Shown: positions 17,139-27,682 of the stretch, piece after piece
How positions within the stretch are numbered: the first letter of the stretch is position 1
How the letters are laid out: every line of letters begins with the position of its first letter
DNA from: Candidatus Stahliibacteriota bacterium
GTDB lineage: Bacteria; Hydrothermota; Tepidihabitantia; B3-TA06
Direction of reading: 5' to 3'
DNA length: 64,000 nt
NCBI GenBank assembly: GCA_004375895.1
Contig: SOJW01000011.1
Span: forward strand, 637 to 64,636
The notes under the pieces: model-generated
Told to the model about the DNA's origin: nothing
Seen by the model: the letters and a program-made list of their open reading frames with translations, nothing else
Database searches by the model: none
Program-made: the position numbers and the translations under genes

Positions 17139-19285
17139 TGGCGGCCCGCAAGCTAAAGCTCTTTGAGGCTGCCGAGAAACTGAAACTTTCAAGCGAAGCG
17201 CTCGGTCGCATGATGAAGGGGCTTGGCTTTAAGGAACGAGGATACACATCCTACATAACGCCTGAGGAGTTCGAGGCGGTAAAGGCGAAGCTGCGTGAGG
17301 AGAAGCAGAGGATAAAGCGCTCGATGAAGAAGTCAAAACCTTTCAAACGTCCATCCTCCGCACGTAAACCAAGAAGGCTTTCGGAAGAGGCGGTCCAGAA
17401 GGCAGTCAAAAAGACCCTTGCCCGGATGGACCACAAACGCCCCAAAAAAAGGGGCGGCAAGCGCGCTCGTCCGGCTCGCAAGACTCGCAGAGCAGAGGAG
17501 CAAGCCAAGATATTTGAGCAGCAACCCCAGGGACTCCCTAGGGCTTTAAGAGAGGCAACGGTCAGTGAATATATGAGTGTTTCAGAGCTTGCCCACGCCT
17601 TTGAGGTTCCACCGGCCGAGATCGTCAAACGCTGCGTCCAGATGGGTGTGTTCGTAACCATCAATCAGCGTCTGGATATGGACACGATCTCTATCCTAGC
17701 CGAGGAGTTCAACGTTAAGATCGAGGTGGAAGAAGAACCCGTTCTGCAGGAAACAGCCGAAGAAGAATCCCTTGAAGTGAAAACTCGGCCGCCCGTGGTG
17801 GTGGTTCTGGGACATGTGGATCATGGAAAGACGACCCTTTTGGACTACATCCGCAAAACACGGGTGGCGGCACAGGAGGCGGGCATGATTACCCAGCGTA
17901 TAGGCGCATACACCGCGCAGATAAAGGATTTTAAGATCGTCTTCATGGACACCCCGGGTCATGAGGCCTTCACCGCCATGCGTGCACGAGGCGCCTCGGT
18001 AGCAGATATTGCGGTGTTGGTTGTGGCCGCAGACGACGGCATAAAGCCACAGACCATAGAAGCCATCGATCACGCCAAGGCCGCGGACCTGCCTATAATC
18101 GTAGCCATTACTAAATCGGATCTTAAGACAGCCGACCCTGATAAGGTCAAGAGCCAGCTCACCGAACATAACATCTTGGCTGAGGAATACGGCGGAAATA
18201 CAATAGTAGTCCCTGTCTCAGGCATAACCGGCGATGCTGTGGACGACCTTCTTGATGCCATTCAGGTTACGGCCATGGAGCTTGATCTCAAGGCTCCATA
18301 CGAGGGTAGGGCAAAGGGGGTGGTGGTTGAGGCGAAACTGGACACCTCCAAGGGCACGATCACTACCATCATCGTAAAGCGGGGAACACTGCATCGAACG
18401 AATCTCTACATATGCGGGGAGTGGAGCGGCCGCGTGCGGGAGATGACCGACGAGAACGGTAAACGCCTGGCTGAGGCTACGCCTGGAACGCCGGCTCAGG
18501 TCCTGGGGGTGGGTGGAATCGTAGAACCCGGTGAGACGTTCGAGGTGGTGGCCTCGGAACGCGACGCGCGCGAGCTGGCTCAGCGACGCAAGCTCATGCG
18601 ACGTGAACGCACACTCGCCTCCTCATCCAAGCTCTCACTTGAGGCTATCCAGCAGCAGATACAGGAAGGAAACGTCAAGGAGCTTCGCATAGTGCTCAAG
18701 GGTGATGTCTACGGATCGGTGGAGGCGCTTACCTCCTCATTTGAGGGACTCTCTATCGAGGAGGTCAAGGTAGGGGTGATTCACGCCGGGGTGGGAGCTA
18801 TAAATGTGAATGATGTAAATCTAGCAGAGGCATCCGAAGCGGTGATCATAGGCTTCCATGTAACCGCTCATGCCGATGCTCGTGCCCCGGCCAAGCGCGA
18901 AGGGAGTGAGAGCCGGACCTATAAGGTAATCTACGAGGCAATCATCGCCGTCCGGGCCGCGATGCTCGGTATGCTTGAGCCGGAGGAGGAGGTGGTGGAG
19001 TTGGGCCGCGCCGAGGTGCGGCAGGTGTTCCGGGTCTCCAGGATAGGAACCGTAGCCGGTTCGTACGTCACCGAAGGGAAGGTTACGCGTGACGCAAAGG
19101 TGCGCGTCTATCGGGGCAACAATCAGCTTACCGAATCTGAAATCACCTCCCTGCAGCGGTTCGAGAAATCGGTCAAGGAGGTCGAGGCCGGATACGAGTG
19201 CGGGATACGAATATCAGAGTGGGACGATCTCGAGGAGGGGGACACCCTTGAATTTTACACTATCGTAAAGCGGGAAAGAACATGA
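17138..19285 (+). CDS. infB: Translation initiation factor IF-2
   Basis: GTPase motifs [13 protein letters not shown] and TKSD. GTG start overlaps the nusA stop. Confidence 0.95.
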   Translation: MAARKLKLFEAAEKLKLSSEALGRMMKGLGFKERGYTSYITPEEFEAVKAKLREEKQRIKRSMKKSKPFKRPSSARKPRRLSEEAVQKAVKKTLARMDHKRPKKRGGKRARPARKTRRAEEQAKIFEQQPQGLPRALREATVSEYMSVSELAHAFEVPPAEIVKRCVQMGVFVTINQRLDMDTISILAEEFNVKIEVEEEPVLQETAEEESLEVKTRPPVVVVLGHVDHGKTTLLDYIRKTRVAAQEAGMITQRIGAYTAQIKDFKIVFMDTPGHEAFTAMRARGASVADIAVLVVAADDGIKPQTIEAIDHAKAADLPIIVAITKSDLKTADPDKVKSQLTEHNILAEEYGGNTIVVPVSGITGDAVDDLLDAIQVTAMELDLKAPYEGRAKGVVVEAKLDTSKGTITTIIVKRGTLHRTNLYICGEWSGRVREMTDENGKRLAEATPGTPAQVLGVGGIVEPGETFEVVASERDARELAQRRKLMRRERTLASSSKLSLEAIQQQIQEGNVKELRIVLKGDVYGSVEALTSSFEGLSIEEVKVGVIHAGVGAINVNDVNLAEASEAVIIGFHVTAHADARAPAKREGSESRTYKVIYEAIIAVRAAMLGMLEPEEEVVELGRAEVRQVFRVSRIGTVAGSYVTEGKVTRDAKVRVYRGNNQLTESEITSLQRFEKSVKEVEAGYECGIRISEWDDLEEGDTLEFYTIVKRERT

Positions 19286-19566
19286 TCGGCCTTTTGGAGA
19301 TAGAGCTTCTAAACAACGCCTCTCGTTCCCTGAAGGACAAGAGACGTGATCTCAAACGACTGGTGGATAATCTGCACTCCGAGTTCCACGTGGCGGTAGC
19401 CGAGGTTGATGGACAAGACACCTGGCAGCGAACCAAACTGGCGGTGACCGTGGTCTCAAACGATGCACGACACAACTCACAGGTGCTTGAACGCGTAGTC
19501 AACAGGATTCAGTCCAGGCACCGCGCCTGGCAGCTTCTGGACTATAGCATCAGGGAGGTTTACTGA
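19282..19566 (+). CDS. DUF503 (YlxP-like) protein
   Basis: 94 aa in the conserved position between infB and rbfA. Confidence 0.75.
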   Translation: MIGLLEIELLNNASRSLKDKRRDLKRLVDNLHSEFHVAVAEVDGQDTWQRTKLAVTVVSNDARHNSQVLERVVNRIQSRHRAWQLLDYSIREVY

Positions 19567-19925
19567 TGTCTGTGGAACGAGCACGTCGGGTAGCATCATT
19601 AGTTAAGCAGAACGTGGCATCCATTCTCCTTGAGGATTCCACTCGTCCTGAGATGCGGTGGATAACCATTACCGACTGCGTCGTGACGAGGGACCTCAAA
19701 CGGGCAGATCTATACTTCACAACCATCGAACAGAACCTGCCGCTCGAGAAGGCACGGCAAGCACTCGAGGAGGAAAAGGGAACCATCAAACGTCAACTGG
19801 CCTCAAGGATCGTCATCAAGTACATGCCCGATCTGCGGTTCATCTGGGATGAAACCGTAATGATAGAGAAAAAAATCAGAGAGATTCAAGATGAACGCTC
19901 GAGAAGTACTGAAAGAGATACGTAA
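19566..19925 (+). CDS. rbfA: Ribosome-binding factor A
   Basis: RbfA-like sequence (RA.RV...) and operon context. Confidence 0.9.
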   Translation: MSVERARRVASLVKQNVASILLEDSTRPEMRWITITDCVVTRDLKRADLYFTTIEQNLPLEKARQALEEEKGTIKRQLASRIVIKYMPDLRFIWDETVMIEKKIREIQDERSRSTERDT

Positions 19926-20847
19926 AGGGAATAGGTTTCTGGTTGCGGGTCACATCGACCCCGACGGAGATACCATAACCTCTACTCTCCTTATGGGTCG
20001 GCTCCTCAAGCATCTGGGCAAGGGTTATACCCTTTACATTCGCGATTCCATCCCTGAAAAGTTTGGCTTCCTCGCTGGAATCGGCAAGATAAAGCAATCG
20101 ATTGAAGGCCCTGAGCCGGACACGATTATAACCCTCGACGCCCCGAATCTTGAGAGGGTCGCCCTGTCCTCGTTTGGGTCAAAGGTGATTAATATAGATC
20201 ATCATCAATCCAACGAGCGCTTCGGCGACGTAAACTGGCTTGAGATTGATCGCGGTGCGGCATGTCTTATGGTTTTCGAGCTTCTGCGCCTTGCCCGCGC
20301 ACCGTTGGGGAGCCAGGAGGGTGAGATGGTCTTTACCGGATTATTTACCGAGACCGGGGGGTTTGTGTTGCCCAACGTATCGGCAGAGGTTCTAAGGATC
20401 TGTGCCGATGTTATGGAACATGGGGTTAACGCGTCCGAGATAGCGTTCAGGATGACCGCCCGCGACGAACGGAATCTGGCGCTGTTGGGGGAGATACTTG
20501 CAACCCTTGCGGTCGACGACGGGATAGCCACAATTGAACTTACCGAAAAGATGCTTGATGATGTGGGATTGGGACACGATGAACACGATTCAGACAGCTT
20601 TATCCGCTACCCCTCTTCCATTCCGGGCGTAAAGGTAGCCATCTTCTTCCGCGAGATACACGAGCAGGGTATGGTCAGAATGAGTTTTCGGTCCCTGGGC
20701 GGGGTTGATGTGGACAGGGTCGCCTCACGTTTTGGAGGGGGAGGTCACCCGGCGGCGGCTGGGGCCAAGCTCAAGGGTTCATACGAGGAAGTGAAGAAAC
20801 GGGTAATAGAAGAAACCAAGAGGTATCTTGCGTGCGCGGAGGGCTAG
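19891..20847 (+). CDS. nrnA: DHH/DHHA1 phosphoesterase, NrnA-like
   Basis: GHIDPDGD and DHH motifs. GGGH near the C-terminus. Confidence 0.8.
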   Translation: MNAREVLKEIRKGNRFLVAGHIDPDGDTITSTLLMGRLLKHLGKGYTLYIRDSIPEKFGFLAGIGKIKQSIEGPEPDTIITLDAPNLERVALSSFGSKVINIDHHQSNERFGDVNWLEIDRGAACLMVFELLRLARAPLGSQEGEMVFTGLFTETGGFVLPNVSAEVLRICADVMEHGVNASEIAFRMTARDERNLALLGEILATLAVDDGIATIELTEKMLDDVGLGHDEHDSDSFIRYPSSIPGVKVAIFFREIHEQGMVRMSFRSLGGVDVDRVASRFGGGGHPAAAGAKLKGSYEEVKKRVIEETKRYLACAEG

Positions 20848-21725
20848 CGCTCTACAAACCTCGAGGCATAAGTTCGTTCGATGTAATCCGAAGGCTGCGG
20901 CCGATCCTTTTAACAAAAACGAAGTTAGGACATGCGGGCACGCTTGATCCGGCGGCTGAAGGACTGATTCTAATCCTCGTGGGGGAGGCGAGCAGGGTGC
21001 AACATCTCCTGAAGGATCTGGACAAGGAGTATGAGGCTGTGGTAAGATTAGGGGTAAGAACGGATACATTAGACGCTGAAGGTAAGACGCTGGAGGAGGT
21101 TGAGGTTCCACCTCTGGATGAACAAACGATCCGCAACGCTCTTGATAGGCTCAAAGGGGAAAGGATGCAACGCCCACCTCGCTACTCTGCCGTAAAGATA
21201 AAAGGCCGCAGGCCATACGAGATGGCAAGGGCGGGTGAGGAGTTCGAGCTGCCCGAACGAAGGGTATCGATATACGAGATCGCACTTTTATCATGGCAAA
21301 ACCCATTACTCGAAATCCGTACAAGGGTCTCGTCCGGCACCTATATTCGTTCTCTTGCTCGAGAGATTGGCGATGAGCTGGGGCTTCCGGCATCGCTTGC
21401 AGCCCTTTGCCGTACTCGAATCGGAGGATTCGAACTTAAGGATGCCTTGCCTCTTGACAATATCACTATCGAGGGTATAAAGAAGGCAATGATTCCTATA
21501 GAGAAACTACTCTCTCACCTGCCTCAGGCAGAGGTCTCGGAGGAGAACGCATCGCGTCTGCTTCAGGGCAAGCCGCTATCTCAAGGTGTCAACCCCAAAC
21601 TCCTTGATGCTCCGAGTTCTGTAGTCTTCTCCACGGATCACCGTCAGGCTTTCCTATGCGAACCTAGGGATGGCAAGCTCTGGTCGCGACGCCTTATATA
21701 CAACAATGGAGAAAGCGTTGGCTGA
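20832..21725 (+). CDS. truB: tRNA pseudouridine-55 synthase
   Basis: KPRGISSFDV...GHAGTLDP motif. Confidence 0.9.
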   Translation: MRGGLALYKPRGISSFDVIRRLRPILLTKTKLGHAGTLDPAAEGLILILVGEASRVQHLLKDLDKEYEAVVRLGVRTDTLDAEGKTLEEVEVPPLDEQTIRNALDRLKGERMQRPPRYSAVKIKGRRPYEMARAGEEFELPERRVSIYEIALLSWQNPLLEIRTRVSSGTYIRSLAREIGDELGLPASLAALCRTRIGGFELKDALPLDNITIEGIKKAMIPIEKLLSHLPQAEVSEENASRLLQGKPLSQGVNPKLLDAPSSVVFSTDHRQAFLCEPRDGKLWSRRLIYNNGESVG

Positions 21726-22596
21726 TCGAGCTGCAGTCATAGGCTCCTTCGATGGGGTGCATAAAGGGCACGCAGCACTTATCAATGCCCTGCTGAAAGA
21801 AGCGAAGGCAAGGGACCTTCAGACGATAGCCGTAACCTTTGATCCACCGCCATCACTTTACTTCAACCCCCACTTTAACTTCCTCTTGACCACAAAGGAG
21901 GAGAAGGAGGAGCTGCTCCTTGCTGCCGGAATAGCCCAGGTCCGTTTCCTTGGTTTCTCAGGGGTGGTAGACAAGGAACCCGAACGGTTCGTATCGGATG
22001 AACTTCTTACGATGAATATAAGACTCCTAACGGTTGGTCAGGGCTTCCGCTTCGGCCGCAAACGCGCAGGCGACGTTGAGGTGTTACGTAGTGCAGGCCA
22101 GGAGCATGGATTTGATGTGAGGGTCATTGCCAAGGAGGAGTTTGAGGGCGAGCCGATCAGCGCCACACGGATAAGGGAGCTTCTGCTTCTGGGGCACATC
22201 CGCCGCGCCAACGCTTTGCTGGGTTACGAGTACAGACTCAAAGGCGAGGCAGCCAAAGGACTTGGCAGGGCAGGTGCACTCCTTGATACCCCGACTGTGA
22301 ACCTAAAACCTGACGATACACATAAACTGGTGCCACCGGACGGCATCTATGCGGTGAGGTTCGGAACAGGACGCCGGCCAGGTATATGCTACATCGGATC
22401 AAGCCCAACCTTCGGCGATTCAACGCACAAAATCGAGGCGCATCTGTTGGAGGGTTCCCCTGAGGAGGAAACAAAACCGATTATCCACTTCGTAGAAAGG
22501 CTGCGCCCTGACAGGAAGTTCTCATCACTTGCAGCTCTCAAGGAACAGGTTAAGGAGGATGTAGCGCAGGCAAGGAGGGTCCTATCTCAAAGATAG
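21706..22596 (+). CDS. ribF: Bifunctional riboflavin kinase / FMN adenylyltransferase
   Basis: IGSFDGVHKGH motif. The C-terminal kinase half contains PTVNL. Start set at ATG 21706. Confidence 0.85.
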   Translation: MEKALADRAAVIGSFDGVHKGHAALINALLKEAKARDLQTIAVTFDPPPSLYFNPHFNFLLTTKEEKEELLLAAGIAQVRFLGFSGVVDKEPERFVSDELLTMNIRLLTVGQGFRFGRKRAGDVEVLRSAGQEHGFDVRVIAKEEFEGEPISATRIRELLLLGHIRRANALLGYEYRLKGEAAKGLGRAGALLDTPTVNLKPDDTHKLVPPDGIYAVRFGTGRRPGICYIGSSPTFGDSTHKIEAHLLEGSPEEETKPIIHFVERLRPDRKFSSLAALKEQVKEDVAQARRVLSQR

Positions 22597-22646
22597 ATAC
22601 CAAGACGTTCTTTCGACTGTTCCGCAACCGCAACTTTGCCCTGTTC

Positions 22647-23918
22647 GTGGCAGCCAACATGATCTCCCAGATCGGCGACCGCTTTACCCAGATGGCGTTC
22701 ATCGAGCTTCTGGGTGTAGAGTTCTTTGGCAGTTTCGCGGCGTTCGGGGGTATTGCTGTGATCTTCACGCTTCCCTCGATCGTACTCGGTCCTGTGGCAG
22801 GACCCTTGCTTGACTCCTGGCGAAAGAAACGCGTGCTTTTAGTTAGTGATGCGGTGCGTGCCCTGCTCATCGCCTCCCTGCCTTTTGTCTACTTCTTCTC
22901 AGGTCACCTTATCTTTATGCTTGGGGTTGCATTCGTAGTCTACATCTTCGGCTTCTTCTTCTCCTCGGCCCGCCTTGCAATCGTGCCCCTGATCGTAGAC
23001 AAGAAAGAGCTCATGCAAGCCAACTCCGCCAACCTTACCCTTTTGCGCGCGGCCACCGGCATCGGAACCTTCGCAGGGGGGTTCCTCGTAGCCTGGATAG
23101 GCTGGCGGCTGGGGTTTGTCATAGACGCCATCACCTACGTGATCTCGTTTGTACTCATCCTCTTTATAAAGGTCGATGAGAAACCGATTATCCTCCACGC
23201 GGCGGATACCGTGGTAGAAACAGGTAAAAAGGTCTCGGGCTACCTGAAAGAGATCAAAGAAGGTATCCGTCTCATGACCCAAACCCGCATGATGCGTTTC
23301 GTTATGCTCTCGATAGTGGCACTTTTCTTTGTATCAGGCGTGGCGTTCACGGTCATCGTTCCGACCGTTCAGCAGACGCTTTCGATGGGAACCATAGGTG
23401 TAACGCTCCTTGCCGCTGCGGCCGCGGGTGGTATGTTCCTGGGCCCCTTGCTTACCGGCATCATTGGGCCTGCGTTCCGCAAGGACCGCCTCATCATAGT
23501 CAGTTACATCCTCACAGGGCTGCTCTTCGCTATCGGAGGAGGAAGCTATCTCCTGGTAGGCCTTGAGCGGGTGATCTCAGACGCTACACTTAACCTTATC
23601 ATGGCTGTTATAATGGGCTTGGTGGTGTTTGTGGTAGGGATACTCTTCTCCGCCATCAACATCAGCCAGGATACCATAATCCAGGAGCGCATCCCGGCCC
23701 GGGCCAGGGGTAGGCTATTCGCGTGGCGCGAGACGCTTGCCAGCCTGGCGTTTCTGGTTACCGCGGTGCCGGCAGGGTTCATCGCGGAAAAGGTCGAGTT
23801 TACCTATGTCCTGCTGGCTACAGGTGGGATACTTGTTCTCTTTGCCCTGGTATGGATTGGGATTTTATGGCGCGGTAACGAATCAGAAACTCTTTCAATA
23901 AATGGAGGTAAGTTATGA
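22647..23918 (+). CDS. MFS transporter; the true start is probably upstream of the first canonical start codon
   Basis: 12-TM pattern. The in-frame upstream codons encode KTFFRLFRNRNFALF, which is typical of an MFS N-terminus. Confidence 0.8.
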   Translation: MAANMISQIGDRFTQMAFIELLGVEFFGSFAAFGGIAVIFTLPSIVLGPVAGPLLDSWRKKRVLLVSDAVRALLIASLPFVYFFSGHLIFMLGVAFVVYIFGFFFSSARLAIVPLIVDKKELMQANSANLTLLRAATGIGTFAGGFLVAWIGWRLGFVIDAITYVISFVLILFIKVDEKPIILHAADTVVETGKKVSGYLKEIKEGIRLMTQTRMMRFVMLSIVALFFVSGVAFTVIVPTVQQTLSMGTIGVTLLAAAAAGGMFLGPLLTGIIGPAFRKDRLIIVSYILTGLLFAIGGGSYLLVGLERVISDATLNLIMAVIMGLVVFVVGILFSAINISQDTIIQERIPARARGRLFAWRETLASLAFLVTAVPAGFIAEKVEFTYVLLATGGILVLFALVWIGILWRGNESETLSINGGKL

Positions 23919-24589
23919 ATTTTTCGCTTCTTATGTTAGGAGTTCTACTTGTAAGTGCGCCGAAGATCGAGGTCTCGGAGCAAAGCTTCGACTTCGGCTA
24001 CGCGTTTGTAGGGGAGCATTACCGCCACACCTTCTGGATATACAACCGCGGCGACGAGCCTCTTGAGATCAAAAAAATCCGCACCTTCTGCGGCTGCACC
24101 GCTACCGAGCTCAAGCGCAACCAGCTTGCACCCGGTGACAGCACGTCATTCGACTTCATCTTCGACACCCATGGTTTCTTCGCGGAGCGCGTCAAGTGGG
24201 CCTACATACGTTCAAACGACCCTCGAGACTCCCTCTTGAAGGTTAACGTAACCATCCGCCTCTACGAGGACTACTCCCGCACACCATTCCGGGTGGAGCC
24301 TGCCTATCTGCACTTCAACCGGATAGACTCACTCGCAGACGAGGTTACACTTAAGCTGGTTAACTTCTCAGATACCGGATACAACCTCCAGCTTATAGAG
24401 GCGCCAGCTGTACTTAAGGGAGTTGAGCTTCCCAAAAGTGCTATCGCGCCGGAGGAAGAACTGCAGCTGTCGCTTCGACCTATGGATGGCATCCGTGACC
24501 CCGCACTTTTCAAAAGCTCGGTTACCTTCGAGGCCTGGACCCCTACCGAGATAGTGCGTTTCTCTGTGCCCTTACATATCCGCCGCTAA
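23915..24589 (+). CDS. DUF1573 domain protein
   Basis: FDFGYAFVGEHYRHTFWIYNRGDEPLEI..I...CGCT signature. Signal peptide. Confidence 0.8.
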   Translation: MNFSLLMLGVLLVSAPKIEVSEQSFDFGYAFVGEHYRHTFWIYNRGDEPLEIKKIRTFCGCTATELKRNQLAPGDSTSFDFIFDTHGFFAERVKWAYIRSNDPRDSLLKVNVTIRLYEDYSRTPFRVEPAYLHFNRIDSLADEVTLKLVNFSDTGYNLQLIEAPAVLKGVELPKSAIAPEEELQLSLRPMDGIRDPALFKSSVTFEAWTPTEIVRFSVPLHIRR

Positions 24590-24605
24590 GAGGTAAATTT
24601 CTTTA

Positions 24606-24655
24606 CCATTTCGGGGTCCCCGCACGGATGCGCCTGCATCCCTCCAGTTGGGTGA
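24606..24655 (-). repeat. R2-related element, reverse orientation
   Basis: CGGGGTCCCCG plus hairpin GGATGCGCCTGCATCC. A degenerate partial copy lies at 24966-24990. Confidence 0.45.
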
Positions 24656-24768
24656 AGCAGATTTGTGGGGTGTAAATTACCTGGGGCCAAGGATACAGGC
24701 CAGGCGTCTACTTCATCCGGGATATGGGGGAGAGCAGGGTTACGAAAAAGGCGGTATTAGTTAGATAG

Positions 24769-24821
24769 TCACCCCCTCTTACCTTTCCTACGGAAAGGCA
24801 TTCTCCCCCGTCAAGGGGGAG
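24769..24821 (+). repeat. R3 element copy
   Basis: TCACCCCCTCTTACC-TTTCCTACGGAAA-GGCATT-CTCCCCCGTCAAGGGGGAG. Confidence 0.6.
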
Positions 24822-24897
24822 ATAATCGGGGGCAGACGCATCCGAAGAGAATACCCCTCCCTTGGTGGGAGGGGATTAAGGGGAGGGGGATTAGTTA

Positions 24898-24952
24898 TCA
24901 CCCCCAACCTTACTCCTACCAGACGGTGGCATTGCACCCCATCAAGGGGAGA
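24898..24952 (+). repeat. R3 element copy
   Basis: TCACCCCCAACCTTACTCCTACCAGACGGTGGCATTGCACCCCATCAAGGGGAG. Closest to the copy at 1079-1134. Confidence 0.65.
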
Positions 24953-25114
24953 GTAAATGGATCATTTCCGATCCCCGCACGGATGCGGAGCAGTCTGTGT
25001 ACAACAGACACTCTTGTCTGTTCAAAAGTTCCAACAAAAAAGCTCTTAACATTGCTTTTCTTCGTCAGATAAGTTTCCGATCTTTCGCCAGTAGGGTGAA
25101 AAGAGGATCTGTGG

Positions 25115-25142
25115 TTGACACCCTGTCTTGACCACCTATAAT
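25115..25142 (+). promoter_or_regulatory. Sigma70-like promoter of the TPR/TlpA gene
   Basis: TTGACA, 16 nt, TATAAT. The leader carries GGAGG before GTG 25180. Confidence 0.55.
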
Positions 25143-25179
25143 CCCCAAACAAACCCTTACTTAGCCGACTGGAGGATAC

Positions 25180-27195
25180 GTGTTTAAGAAGATTCTACTC
25201 CTTGCCTTAATCGCAGGACTACTTATCGGGGCCCAGGCTCCCGTACCCAACCCCGAGAAGCCCTTGGCAGGCCAGAACGTCTCATGGAAGATCAAAGAGT
25301 TCGCCTACGAATCCCGCAAACCGGTTATGCTTCTGGCCGCCTACACCCCGGATACGGTTTTTGTCCAGATAATACCCGGCAGGCCCTCCCAAGACGAATG
25401 GTACTTCTCATATACCGTGCCTCAGGAAGCAACTATCCTCACCTATAAGATAGAAGACGACGAAAAACCGCTTCTGGACGATGACGGAGTGTTCTTCGCC
25501 ACCCCGGTCTACGATTCCTCAGGCAAGCCGCGCTACGACGCAAGCCGCAGTTATGCAACGCTTTATCTTGGCCCTCTTGCCGATCGAGGAGACCGTGCGC
25601 GCGAGCTTGTGGAGTTGGAACTCAAGCATTATCCCACCAACTGGGAAGCGTTGGTGTTTTTGCGCAGGTTCGAACTCCAGGCGGGCGAGACAACTGAAGC
25701 CGCTGTAGCAGCCGAGCTTGACTCCCTCCTTACCGCAGAGCCTGATTCCCTGGAGGCCCTGCGCTTTGCCGCGATGGAGTTCTTTATCGCATCGCAAGGC
25801 TTCAAGGACAATGGCGAGGCACTCATGGCGCTCTGCGCTGAGACCTATCCTGAGAATTCTCGCTGGACAGACTATCAGAATAGCATCTACGCTTTCATTT
25901 CAGAGACACCACAGCGTCTGGGTGAGTACGAAAGGGCGGTATTCCCATTACTTAAAGGGGATGCAAGGGAAACAGGCTACTTCCTTCTCATGACTTACGC
26001 CCTGGCTGGTCGCCGCGAGCAGCGAGTCGAAAGCCTAGCAACGGATTTCATCAAGGAGTTCCCGAGATCAGAGCTAGCCTCTGCCTTCGTAATCACCATG
26101 CTTCAGGTCAAGTATGAACAACCAACCGTTCTCTGGGCCGCGGAGATGATCGAGTGGCAAAAGAAATATCCCGATGATCCTGAGATCAACATTCAGTTGG
26201 CTGAATACTACAGGGACCGCAGCTGGAAAACCGCGCTTGGCTATTATCGCAACGCCGTAAAGAACTCCGATGACCCCAAGGCCGCGGCGCTCTTTGCAGA
26301 AGTAGCCGCAGTCAAGGGCAAAAACTTCGCGGAGGCCTCAAAATACCTGAAGAAGGCAATAACGGAAACCACCGCGGACCGTTACCGTAAGCTCCTCTGG
26401 TGGCGCGACTTCAGCGAACGACGCGCCATGCTCCTCAAAACACAGGCAACCCTCTACACCACCCTTGGCTGGCTCTCGTTCAAATACGGCAAATACGAAG
26501 ATGCACTCGGAGAGCTTCTGGTAGCGGACTCCCTGCTCACCAGCATCCCGGATTACGAAGAGGAGCTCTACAGACGCCTGCTTACGGTAAGCGAGAAGGC
26601 CGGTGATCTTGCCGCACGCCAGATCGCGCTCCTTAACATCATGCTCGTTGAGCCCGAGGATCGCACCATCCAGAAGGCTCTCCAGGATATCTATCTTCTG
26701 GATCACGGCGACATCGAGGGCTTCGAGGAGTGGCTGCACGCAGAAGAACTCAAGATCGCACTGCGGCGCAGGATGAACGTCCCGGTACCGAATTTTCCGC
26801 TCTTCACCCTTGCCGGCGATACCGTATACGCCAGTGAGTTTGTAGGAAAGGTCGTAGTTATCAACTTCTGGGCAACCTGGTGTGCTCCATGCAAGGAGGA
26901 GATACCCAAGCTCAACCAGCTCGTGCGGGACTATCAGGGCCGCGACGATGTGGTCTTCATCGGTATCTCCAGCGAGGAGCCGCAGACGGTAGATAGCTTC
27001 CTGGACGCCAACACCTTCCTCTACGAGGCTTACATCGACCCATCAGGGACAATCTCCACCATGTTTGAGGTCTCGGCCATCCCCACACATACGGTGATCG
27101 ATGCTAAGGGCATGCTTCAGTTCCACTACGCAGGGGCCATCCCCAACATAGACAAGATCCTGGCCATGGAGATCAACTCGCTGCTTGAGGAATAG
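25180..27195 (+). CDS. Secreted TPR-repeat protein with a C-terminal TlpA-like thioredoxin domain
   Basis: Signal peptide. TPR-like helical repeats. WATWCAPCKEEIP redox motif. Confidence 0.8.
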   Translation: MFKKILLLALIAGLLIGAQAPVPNPEKPLAGQNVSWKIKEFAYESRKPVMLLAAYTPDTVFVQIIPGRPSQDEWYFSYTVPQEATILTYKIEDDEKPLLDDDGVFFATPVYDSSGKPRYDASRSYATLYLGPLADRGDRARELVELELKHYPTNWEALVFLRRFELQAGETTEAAVAAELDSLLTAEPDSLEALRFAAMEFFIASQGFKDNGEALMALCAETYPENSRWTDYQNSIYAFISETPQRLGEYERAVFPLLKGDARETGYFLLMTYALAGRREQRVESLATDFIKEFPRSELASAFVITMLQVKYEQPTVLWAAEMIEWQKKYPDDPEINIQLAEYYRDRSWKTALGYYRNAVKNSDDPKAAALFAEVAAVKGKNFAEASKYLKKAITETTADRYRKLLWWRDFSERRAMLLKTQATLYTTLGWLSFKYGKYEDALGELLVADSLLTSIPDYEEELYRRLLTVSEKAGDLAARQIALLNIMLVEPEDRTIQKALQDIYLLDHGDIEGFEEWLHAEELKIALRRRMNVPVPNFPLFTLAGDTVYASEFVGKVVVINFWATWCAPCKEEIPKLNQLVRDYQGRDDVVFIGISSEEPQTVDSFLDANTFLYEAYIDPSGTISTMFEVSAIPTHTVIDAKGMLQFHYAGAIPNIDKILAMEINSLLEE

Positions 27196-27673
27196 ACTCA
27201 CCCTTATCCGGGGTGTGCTGGTGATGGGGGGGATGCTGTTGATTGTGATGGGGTGTGTTACGGGGGCTGGGTGCGTGCAGCGAACCACACGCACGCCACC
27301 GCGCGACGCCCTGGTTGAGGAGATACGCCGCTTCAAGGGAACCCCTTACCTCTACGGAGGCTCGACACCTAAAGGAACCGACTGCTCAGGCTTCACAATG
27401 ACGGTTCTTAAGAGATTCGGGATGAAGCTGCCGCACTCGGCAAGCAAACAGTTTAAGATGGGCAGGCTGGTTTCGAGGCGCAACCTGAAGATGGGCGATC
27501 TGGTTTTCTTTCGCAGAGGTAGACACGGCAGCATCAACCACGTGGGCATCTACCTGTGGGACGGCAAGATGGTGCACGCATCATCCTCTAGGGGTGTGAT
27601 AGTAGTCCGCTGGGTAGGCAACATCTACTATGAACACCGATATGCAGGAGCAAGAAGAATAATAGATTTCTGA
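27185..27673 (+). CDS. NlpC/P60 (C40) cell-wall peptidase lipoprotein
   Basis: YLYGGSTPKGTDCSGF ... INHVGIY ... VHAS. The start is uncertain (TTG 27185 or downstream GTG/ATG). Confidence 0.8.
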   Translation: MRNRLTLIRGVLVMGGMLLIVMGCVTGAGCVQRTTRTPPRDALVEEIRRFKGTPYLYGGSTPKGTDCSGFTMTVLKRFGMKLPHSASKQFKMGRLVSRRNLKMGDLVFFRRGRHGSINHVGIYLWDGKMVHASSSRGVIVVRWVGNIYYEHRYAGARRIIDF

Positions 27674-27682
27674 GAAGAAAAT

